A DNA stretch of 64,000 bases from Paramoeba atlantica. Taxonomy: Eukaryota > Protista > Discosea. The translations under genes and the position numbers were made by a program. The stretch covers positions 1 to 64,000 of the forward strand of contig CDRNVI010000059.1 of the NCBI GenBank assembly GCA_977017575.1, read 5' to 3'. Under the pieces are notes generated by a model. It saw only the letters and a program-made list of their open reading frames with translations. It had not been told where the DNA came from and made no database searches. Positions 55,462 to 64,000 of the stretch are shown here, in pieces (position 1 is the stretch's first letter; the number at the start of each line of letters is the position of its first letter).

Positions 55462-56487
55462 ATGCACAGTATAGATCGGGCACTCGGATGTGAGCATCAA
55501 CAAAAACCCTCTAAGGTGCACAAGGCTTTTCTCGCTCAGGAATTTTATTTGGCCCGATTAGTGACCAATATAACCAATCCACACTTTTCTTGGGTAGTGG
55601 ATAATCCCGTTTGTAAGTGGGACGGAGTTTTAGTGAGCAAAAACGGTGACATCGACAAGATCTTATGGAGTTTTCGTGCTCTGCAAGGACATATGAATTT
55701 TGCATACCTTCCTAAAACACTGCGATCAGTAGAACTGAGAAAGAATCTGCTTGTAGGACGCTTAAATCTGGGACGTGAAGCGGATCATCTCGAAAGGATC
55801 GATTTGGATCACAATAGCTTGGACAGCGAATTAGCTTTGGGAGCGCTTCCACGCAAACTCCGGAGCTTCTGGGCGCAATTCAACCAACTTCATGGGGGAC
55901 TAGACTTGACAGCCTTGCCCCAAATGCTCACAGAACTGATGTTAGACCGGAATAAGTTCTCTGGAGCAGTTTTCTTCGGCGCGCTGCCCTCTACCTTGTC
56001 GCAACTATGGCTTGGTCACAATAACTTGGAAGGCTGTCTGGATCTAAGCGTCCTTCCGGATTCTCTAGACACCCTGCAATTACACAATAACTCTTTTACT
56101 GGACGGTTAGATTTTTCTCGTGTTCCCTCATCCATCAAGCAGCTAGCCTTGGCAAGAAACAAATTTGAGGGTGAAGTTGATATCTCCCAGCTAACGGACT
56201 CAGTCTACTTTATATCAATTTTTGATAATCACGTCACGCTTTACGTCGACAAAGAATGCGCGCCGCACGACCTTAAAAAGATTTGCGTCTATGATCCACC
56301 GAGAAAGAACCTACAAATTAGTAAACTTCCAACGCGGTTTGCGAAATGGGATACAGAAAATCACGTGTGGTACGCCTATCATGGAGTCCTACCCCAAGTG
56401 TGCGAAGAGGCTGCGACAGGAGTGATTTCAAGTGATCGATGGTGGAAACCACTTGACGTGAGTCATTGGAAGAGCTTCGATGTATGA
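55462..56487 (+). CDS. Leucine-rich repeat protein with plant-like N-cap
   Basis: WVVDNPVCKWDGV cap, about 7 repeats LP..L..L.L..N...G.LDL. Confidence 0.9.
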   Translation: MHSIDRALGCEHQQKPSKVHKAFLAQEFYLARLVTNITNPHFSWVVDNPVCKWDGVLVSKNGDIDKILWSFRALQGHMNFAYLPKTLRSVELRKNLLVGRLNLGREADHLERIDLDHNSLDSELALGALPRKLRSFWAQFNQLHGGLDLTALPQMLTELMLDRNKFSGAVFFGALPSTLSQLWLGHNNLEGCLDLSVLPDSLDTLQLHNNSFTGRLDFSRVPSSIKQLALARNKFEGEVDISQLTDSVYFISIFDNHVTLYVDKECAPHDLKKICVYDPPRKNLQISKLPTRFAKWDTENHVWYAYHGVLPQVCEEAATGVISSDRWWKPLDVSHWKSFDV

Positions 56488-56815
56488 TAGGTCAGATGCA
56501 GTCATACCCTCCACATGCAGGAGTGAAAATTTCCATCTGGGAGGGGTCTAAAAATTGTAAGAATTGTGCAATTATGGAAAATAATAGCGCATTCGAGAGC
56601 TATCGCAGAGATAGCTAGCAAGGAAGAACGAAGAACCTTGCTGTCTGTCTAGCGAACTACTCTTTCGGAGCCGATGCGCCATAGCTTCGCTGCGTAGAGA
56701 AACCTATAAAAAGGCGATGCTTCGAAAAGCTAAAAGACAGTTCAAAGTACCGCCCTAGACAATTTCGGAAAACGTTTTTTTTGCAAAGAATCAAAAGCAA
56801 CACCATAAACTAATA

Positions 56816-57126
56816 CCGTATACCCTCCAGTAAGAGAATCGGTTTTGGGTCGAAATGGCCAAATCTCTTTTACTGGGGGGGGGTTCTTTTTTGGCCAGTT
56901 TCCTCTTTTCTCCCAACGTTTTTGACTATTTTTTCTATTTTGTGTTCTGAAAACGTGTTAAAACGCTTCTTTGGGTTACCCCGAGTCCCCCAACATGCAG
57001 ACACCCCCTACCCCCTATACGCCTCCTGTGGGGTTTCCGAGCCAAATCTCTCTTACTGGGGGTCAGCCCAAAAAGGGTCAAATCCCTCTTACTGGGGGGT
57101 ACCTTACTGGGGGGGGGGGTATACGG
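56816..57126. mobile_element. TA-flanked MITE
   Basis: TIR CCGTATACCC.CCAGTAAG; internal CTTACTGGGGG repeats. Confidence 0.7.
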
Positions 57127-57212
57127 TAGTTTTAAGGAAGAAAAATGTATCTTTTGGACCACTCGAGACCCCCTTCTTTGGAAGCTAATTGTAAATCCCA
57201 ATTTGCCATACA

Positions 57213-57971
57213 CAGTGGTGTTCAGAGTCTTTTACCCCCCCTACAGGTCTTGTATTTTGTTCGATTTTGAAAAAAAAATGTCTGGGACTGCTTTTCGACC
57301 CAATGGTTCCGAATCCGAGGTCCTTTCCTCTCGTGGGCACCTGTATCATTCCTAAACTGAAAAAAAAGCTGCAAAAAACTCGATATTTTTTACAGAGCAC
57401 ATTTTTTTCAAGATCTATACATTTTTTGGTAATTCATGACGAAGTAGCACCACCCCCTGTGTTTACCTTACTCTCGCGCGCGCCCCGAGATGAGCACGGC
57501 ACTCGTGATCGAATACAAGCGACTTAAGTCCTATAAGGCAGTCGCAAAACTCCATAAATTTAACCCCGGGTCCATCATTGAAACTTTTCGTTTTTTTTCT
57601 GAAGATCAACAGGAAACGTTTAAGAATATCTTCCGGGACTATCGTAAGCGTTTACTTTTGGTCAACGAGGCCAAAGGGTATATGACTAAATACTAGAAGT
57701 CACTTTGCAGTCCTTTTCCGCATCTTCTGACTTACTTTACTACTTTGTACTACTGTTCTTCATCCGAAACATTCGAAAACGTACACCCAAAAAAGTTGTA
57801 ATTAGCTTTTTTGACCCCTACCTGGCTAGGGGGGGTAGGGGGTCGCTCGAGTGAAAAGGACCTCGGATTCGGAACGATTGGGTCGAAAAACGGTGGTAGA
57901 CCAAATATTTCAAAAATCGGACAAAATACAAGACCTGTAGGGGGGGGGGTAAAAGACGCTGATCACCACTG
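57213..57971 (+). mobile_element. Internally deleted Tc1-like element
   Basis: About 130-bp imperfect TIRs starting CAGTGGTG; 68-aa ORF 57490-57696 joins an HTH-like start to the Tc1 end YRKRLLLVNEAKGYMTKY. Confidence 0.8.
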
Positions 57972-58082
57972 TATGCTTTTTTCAAATGGAAGTTTGGGGT
58001 ACGCAAGACCGTAGAGGAAGGAGGAGTCCTAGGGAGCTGTCCTAGGGAAGGAGGGTCCTAGGGAACATGTTTTTACTATGTG

Positions 58083-58264
58083 ACCCAGGCTAAAGTGGAC
58101 GCGGGAAATACCAATAGTGTAGGTGCGGCAGTTTCCCACAGGAAATATGGGTTCTCCCTTGCAGCATGAAGACAGGCGCATGCAAAGGTGGAGATGCCGT
58201 TTTTCCTGTGGGAAACTGCCGCACCTGTACTATTGGTATCTCGCTCGTCCACTTTAGCCTGGGT
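58083..58264. mobile_element. Palindromic MITE copy 3
   Basis: TIR ACCCAGGCTAAAGTGGAC; same upstream ACGCAAGACCGTAGAGGAAGGAGGAG context as copy 2. Confidence 0.85.
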
Positions 58265-58728
58265 TTATGTCGAATTACACCTTGTGATAACCAAAAAATG
58301 GGAAACGAGGTCGTCTCAGACGCAAATATGAATTTTAAAAAAATCCCTTTTTAGCGTACATTTTGACTGCATTTCACCCATTTTTTTGTATACCACGTTC
58401 CAGGATAGGCATGCTAGTAGGCATACTAAATGTGTATGATATATATACTAAGTAAGTCTTCACTACGCCAGAGTGGACTTCGTGGGCTTTGCCAGGTTTT
58501 GCCTTTCATAGGTTTCAACCCTTTAAGTGGGTATTCTACTAGTGTTGAGGGGGGTAGGTACATTAAGCGGCCTTGGAACACTTAGTATACCTACTAGGTA
58601 TCCTAAGTGGGCGTGGGTATACTATCCTAGAACATGATTTAGTACGAAAATATTATTCCACGGTTCATTACGAATATCACCCATACGCTGCAGTAAATTT
58701 TAAATTGATCTGTCCACCACATTGATTC

Positions 58729-60939
58729 ATGTCACATCCCACATCATGTATTCGCTTGCGATGGCGTTCCCTCCTTAGTGAAAAGGTAGGCCGAAATGCG
58801 TCCTTCTCTAACTCAATACTTGCACCTCCTTTTTCTACACGCGTGCGGACCGACAACTCCTCAGCTGGAGAAGCCGCGCCCAAAGAGTCTCTATCTCTTC
58901 TTCGTGCTTGTTCTACCTCTCTAGACAACAAAGCACTCATTGCCTCTCATCCTTTCCCCAACACATGTACCCACAACCTTTCCTTTCCCGGCTTGTACGC
59001 CCCTTCTCGGCGCTTTGCCAGCACGTCTAAAAAATCGACCGTCACAAAAACTAAAACATCCACGTCCGAAAAAGGAACTGAACCGAAGACGCCCGCAAAA
59101 GAGACTGAGACCAAAAAGTCCGAAAAAGGAACCGATACCAAAACGTCCGAAAAGTCCAAACCGAAGACTAAGAAGCCCAAGTCCCTCAAAGAGACCAAGA
59201 AAAAGGATACCCAAGAGGCTTCTTCTCCTCCCCCCTCCGAAACCCCTTCCCACCCGTCCGACCCCTCTGACCTCCACACCACCGGACTCGAAGACATTAC
59301 CATGCCACTTGAGGACACGAACGAGGGTGATTTTCAGCCCCCATCTTCAACCCCCCTAACTACCCCACCCCACCATGAGGCTCCTGCATCTCCAAACGAT
59401 CCCTCCACTCCCTCTTCAACAACCCTTCCTTCCTCAACCCATGCTTCCTCACCCTCTTCTTCTCCACCCCATAACGTTGATCCCTCAACCTCCTCCTCAA
59501 CCCCCTCCGTCACGAGCGCCTCTTCCGACCCTTTTACGAATACCTCTTCTTCTTCTACATCTCCTTCCTCAACCGCCTCTTCAGAAAGCACTTCTGCGGA
59601 TCCTTTTGCGAGTTCATCTACCGCTTCTTCTTCTACCTCTCCAGAAAGCGCTTCTTCCACTCCCTTTACGACCACCTCTGCTTCCTCTCCCTCTTCTTCT
59701 CCCTCTTCATCCAGCGCCTCTGCGGACCCCTTTACGGGTGCCTCTACCTCTTCTTCCTCCTCTACCTCTTCCCCCGACCCGCCTCTCGTCGCCCTCACCC
59801 CCTGCCCCTCCCCCCCTCCCCGCTTCGAGCTCTACCGCGGGACCTCCGCCTTCTCCTGGACCACCACCGCGCGCTACGGCCGCCGCCTCATCGGCCCCAT
59901 GAGCGAGTGGGCGGAGGAGCTGCGGTACCGCACCGGGGTGCTCACCCAGTGGGAGCCGCGCTTCCCGGAGAAGATCTACGCGAACCGGTACGGGTCGCGG
60001 GATGAGGTGGAGGTGGTGGTGTACGTGTTCGGGAGCGAGCGCGCGGTGCGGGGGGCGGTGGGGCTGATGCAGGAGATGGTGGAGCAGGAGCCGGTGTACG
60101 TGCGGTGTGGGGTGTACAGGGGAGGGGGGAAGGGGATGGGGGGGAGTGGTGGGAGGGGGGGGAGTGGGATGGGGGGGAGTGGAGGGAATGGGATGGGGGG
60201 GAGTGGGATGGGGGGGAGTGGAGGGAATGGGATGGGGGGGAGTGGGATGGGGGGGAGTGGCGGGAATGGGATGGGGGGGAGTGGGATGGGGGGAAGTGGA
60301 GGGAATGGGATGGGGGGGAGTGGGATGGGGGGGAGTGGAGAGGGAAGACCACAAGGGGAGGCAGAGGAGAGGGGAGGGGATGGGGGGGAGAGAACAGGGA
60401 TAATGACCCGGGTGAGGAGTCCGCCCCTGTGGTTAACCTTGCGACGGGTGAATTCGGATGCGCGACCGGCGGATATTCCCCCGATTAGTTTGAAAACCCC
60501 CGGGAAGTGGACGTTGCTTTTTGAAAATAAAAAGGAGGCGGTGGTGCGGACGGTGTTTGAGGAGACGGGGATACGGCTGGAGGAGGAGGCGCTGACCCCA
60601 ACGGGGTGTTTTGATAACATGCCCCCGGAGTTCTTTTGGCGGGTTCCGGTGTATTACTATGTAGCGGAGATCCCGGAGAGTGCGGAGGTGGTGGGGCCTC
60701 GGACCGCGGTCCAGGATTACTTCCTGGAGTGGGATTCGAATATTCTGCGACAGAGTCCGGATCCGATTGACCGGACCTGGGCGAATTACGCGGATCCGCG
60801 GACCGGGTGCGCTTGGCTCCCGGCGAGTACGATTGACACGCTGCAGCAGCCGCTGAAAGGGGAGAATTACATGGCGCAGCGGTATTTGGTAGGGGAGCAT
60901 CTGCCGGAGCTCAGGGAATCCACAGGGATTATGGAGTAG
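58729..60939 (+). CDS. Nudix-fold protein, probably mitochondrial, resembling kinetoplastid MERS1
   Basis: Presequence-like RRFASTS, Ser-rich linker, degenerate Nudix box PGKWTLLFENKKEAVVRTVFEETGI; the MERS1 resemblance is from memory. Confidence 0.65.
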   Translation: MSHPTSCIRLRWRSLLSEKVGRNASFSNSILAPPFSTRVRTDNSSAGEAAPKESLSLLRACSTSLDNKALIASHPFPNTCTHNLSFPGLYAPSRRFASTSKKSTVTKTKTSTSEKGTEPKTPAKETETKKSEKGTDTKTSEKSKPKTKKPKSLKETKKKDTQEASSPPPSETPSHPSDPSDLHTTGLEDITMPLEDTNEGDFQPPSSTPLTTPPHHEAPASPNDPSTPSSTTLPSSTHASSPSSSPPHNVDPSTSSSTPSVTSASSDPFTNTSSSSTSPSSTASSESTSADPFASSSTASSSTSPESASSTPFTTTSASSPSSSPSSSSASADPFTGASTSSSSSTSSPDPPLVALTPCPSPPPRFELYRGTSAFSWTTTARYGRRLIGPMSEWAEELRYRTGVLTQWEPRFPEKIYANRYGSRDEVEVVVYVFGSERAVRGAVGLMQEMVEQEPVYVRCGVYRGGGKGMGGSGGRGGSGMGGSGGNGMGGSGMGGSGGNGMGGSGMGGSGGNGMGGSGMGGSGGNGMGGSGMGGSGEGRPQGEAEERGGDGGERTGIMTRVRSPPLWLTLRRVNSDARPADIPPISLKTPGKWTLLFENKKEAVVRTVFEETGIRLEEEALTPTGCFDNMPPEFFWRVPVYYYVAEIPESAEVVGPRTAVQDYFLEWDSNILRQSPDPIDRTWANYADPRTGCAWLPASTIDTLQQPLKGENYMAQRYLVGEHLPELRESTGIME
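60130..60340 (+). repeat. In-frame 39-bp G-rich repeat (GGSGMGGSGGNGM) x4-5
   Basis: Direct reading. Confidence 0.9.
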
Positions 60940-61435
60940 GGGTGCAAAACAGATGCGGGGATTCGGAGAATAAGCGTTAGAGGCGAGCAGACAATGACTC
61001 GTCCAATAAGTAAAATATTTGTTGTTGTTTACTAAATCGAGCGAGGCTGGATACTGTTGTCACGTGAAGGGAACCGTGCCATTTCCACCTGAAAGGAAAG
61101 CAACTCGTCTTTGAAAGTGTTCTTGTACGTTGGACTACTTGGACGTTGATAAACTGTAACGTTCTACGTTTTTGAGTTACATAAAAAGCAGAACGTGTGT
61201 ATACTTAGAATATCTGTCTATTTAGAGATAACGTTGGTTTTTTTAACTTGCATTTTTTTCGAGCCGAGGCATGTTGGATTCATAAAGTATTGCACAACAT
61301 TGAATATTCCTTAATTCCCCACTTCCTATGTCACAACGCTTCTCCCACTGGCCATGGCCCACTCTCGTGCCTTGGGCGCGAGACAAAATATTTCCTCCTC
61401 TACGTGCAACCCATAGCATTGCCCAGGAGGTACGA

Positions 61436-61696
61436 ATGGCGACCATTGTCGGTGACACGGCCGTAGGTGTGCTGCTAGGCTATGGAACCTACCGCTTTAT
61501 TCGCCATCTCTTTGCCGGCGACTACGCCACACTGCGGTATCACACCTCCGACATGCCTCCCGCGCTGCTCGCGGAAAAGTTTGATTTCGAGGACGTAGCG
61601 CAAAATCGTACCCTTCCACGTGAGGAGCTGGAAAAGTATCGAGCCGAGGTCAGTCAGCATAAAGGCCCTGTGGAGGATATTATTTTTAAGTATTGA
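61436..61696 (+). CDS. Small 86-aa protein with an N-terminal hydrophobic segment
   Basis: ATG at 61436 after a candidate AG acceptor; VGDTAVGVLLGYGTYRFIRHLF; natural-looking composition. Confidence 0.6.
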   Translation: MATIVGDTAVGVLLGYGTYRFIRHLFAGDYATLRYHTSDMPPALLAEKFDFEDVAQNRTLPREELEKYRAEVSQHKGPVEDIIFKY

Positions 61697-62297
61697 AACG
61701 GAGGATCCTGTGTATGCGGATACAAGTACAGAAAATCAGATACGAAACAGTTCGCTAGCTCGTCATCTTATGTAGCGCTTACTATTTTAATGTTCTTTGC
61801 ATTGGTGTTACTCTTCGAAAGATACGTTCACGAAAGTTCACCAATGACTATCCCGTCATCAAAAATAGTACCACATACTGCATCAAAATTAAAGAGAGAA
61901 GGTGTACATAAAAGGTAAATTTAACATGCGCTTACACAGATGTAAGAAAATATGTTGGTTATCTATTCTAAGTATTAAAAAATGATTCACACAACCATTT
62001 CTAACATAGCATCCACCGCCGACGTCCAGGAAAACGGAACGTCCAGGAAAAGTATCTTTTCTATTGGCACCCCGAGAAGAACTTGTCAGTTCTTCGATTC
62101 GAAGATGTTAGAGCAACATTCGAGTAATGTAGAGTAAATTACATCGCTTTTGGAATTATCTCAGCACATAATAATGCACGTAAGGATTTTTACGCATAAA
62201 TAGCTTTTAGAACGAATGATTTACAGCGCTCTTCCTAGCCTGGTTTACATGGCGGACACAATCTTCATCCAATCGTCGAGGCAAAGTATCTACTCTA

Positions 62298-62817
62298 TTG
62301 GCACCCCAAGAAGAACTCATGTCAGTACTAATATGTAACCTTACGCATCATCCTTCCTCGGGGGTACGTCAAAAATGTAATTTCTTCGGTCGACTTCGTG
62401 AAGTTTCGCCCTGTACATGGAAAGGCATCCTTTGTGACTCGTGCGCAAACGTGCTGGACATTCGTTGGTTTGGAAATCCGAATCAGAAGAACTTTTTGCG
62501 GGGAAGTTTAATGTGGAATTATTTACCCCCCCACGTTGCAAAGATGCTACGTAAGAAATCACGGACAACACCTCAAAGATACTCTCCCGCTTGATCAACT
62601 CCCTCAAGCGTTGACACACCTTGATGTGGGTCTCAACGGACTAAGCGGATCGCTTGTACTGAATGCTCTTCCAGAAAAACTCTTCCTCCTAAATGCGGAA
62701 GCTAACCATTTTCATGGTACGCTATGTTTATTGAATCTCCCGCCTTTGTTAGCAGAACTCACTTTGAATAATCACTCACTCACTCACTTTACACTAAGCC
62801 CCGGAATAGGGCGTTAG
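62298..62817 (+). pseudogene. Frameshifted LRR gene
   Basis: PCTWKGILC cap and LMWNYLP in one frame; LPQALTHL/LPEKL repeats in another. Confidence 0.75.
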
Positions 62818-62995
62818 TTAAATATCTATCTGTATTTACGCTCAATACATTCATCATCTAACTCTCCAACTGATTTCGTTTTCACGTCGATTGCCTCGTA
62901 CTCGGTGCGCTTCGAAAGCGAAACACACAGCACCTTGCGTACACTGGATTTTATTGTCCCATCTTGGTTTCCGTCAAAGGGGATATTTTTCCGCG

Positions 62996-63970
62996 TTATG
63001 AGGTCGCATCTCGTGGTCTACCTTTCTTGGTGCGGTTCGCGGCGGTACTTAATTGTGAGCCAGGCGCGGGGTAATGCTGTGATAAGTGCCGTTCTAGTGT
63101 AGTAGCCGAGGTCTTGCGCCTTTTCTCTGAAAGAGCGCCGAAAAGAGCTGTCTTTGCCAACGTGTCACACTGATCGTTGTATGGGTTGCCGCAATGCCCC
63201 TTTACTTTAATCACGTAGAATTTGACGCCATTCTCCTCTAAGGTCTTTATTGCACCACCTAAATCCCAATAAATGTCGCTGTTTGGAAGGCCATTGTATC
63301 CTATTAGGTAATACTTTCGCCGCGTATTGCGTATAAAATGCCATACTATCCACGAATCCGTATGCAGTACGATTGTACCCTCAACTTTGGGTGCTCTCTG
63401 AATAGCTAGTAATGCCGCATAAAATTCCGCTCTTTCTGGCGATGGTGTGCCAAGAATCTCCTTACAAACAGTAGAACTAGCCACTTCATGGCCACACTGA
63501 ACTTCAACAATCCCAATTCCAATCTTTCCGATGTAACCAGAACTAACTGAGGCGTCGGTATAAAGGTGTAGAACGTTGTTGTCACTTGAGAAAGGTGTTG
63601 GACCTTCTTCAGCGTACTGCAGGGCTGAAAGATCATTTTCCCGCTGTGCAGCAGCTGCAATGCGGTGCCAACCGCTTGATCTATAACCAATATACATTTT
63701 AGGATTCTCTAGCCCCATTTGAAGTTTTTCAACATGTTTTTGCCAACATTTTCTATCCTCCGCATATACCAGGGCTTCCTCGACTACTAGTTCCATATCC
63801 CCGGTGCAAGCTTCGGATGGAGAACAAATTCGACTCTTTTCTTTAACGCGCCACTGCATCAGTTCCGAATATATCTCTGAATGCCGTATTAAGTGTCCTA
63901 CAAGACGAGCCCGGTTAACTTGCAGTGTGGAAAAAAGTGGGGTGTCTATATATAAGGCGGATATTGGCAC
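62996..63970 (-). mobile_element. Non-LTR retrotransposon C-terminus: RT thumb plus RNase H (same family as 534-1872)
   Basis: RLVGHLIRH, LYTDAS, RAEFYAA, LHTDS, IKVKGHCGNPYNDQCDTLAK. Confidence 0.88.
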
Positions 63971-64000
63971 ACTTTTCCCAGAATGATCCAGTTTCGGACA

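Overview
Eukaryotic nuclear DNA from a kinetoplastid, possibly a Perkinsela-like prokinetoplastid (the lineage is an inference). Evidence: a kinetoplastid spliced-leader (SL) exon at 9625-9661, a topoisomerase IB large subunit lacking the catalytic Tyr, a PSP1-C protein, a 7SL RNA gene head-to-head with tRNA-Lys at 96 bp, and intronless host genes all on the + strand. Host genes form small islands: LRR pair 12.7-14.4 kb; PSP1/TOP1/helical-repeat gene 16.4-23.6 kb; 7SL plus 4 tRNAs 27.0-27.8 kb; TMA46-like, LRR, Nudix-like and a small membrane protein at 52.5-62.8 kb. Most of the rest is nested, largely decayed mobile DNA: Tc1/IS630, pogo, hAT, Merlin/IS1595, many MITEs, a foldback-like element, CRE/SLACS-type and other RLE retroelements, RTE-like retroelements with RNase H, and a TATE/VIPER-like tyrosine recombinase. 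A 26-bp satellite with a 262-bp higher-order repeat is also present. The strongest candidates for novelty are: a catalytically intact bacterial IS30-type transposase bracketed by 191-bp native inverted repeats; an SL exon fused to a probable retroelement 5' region; an RLE-SWIM in-frame fusion; a DD48E transposase; two unexplained strongly structured noncoding regions; and repeated C-rich to G-rich skew flips inside genes. All family assignments come from motif recognition by eye, with no database searches. TE boundaries may be off by a few bases.
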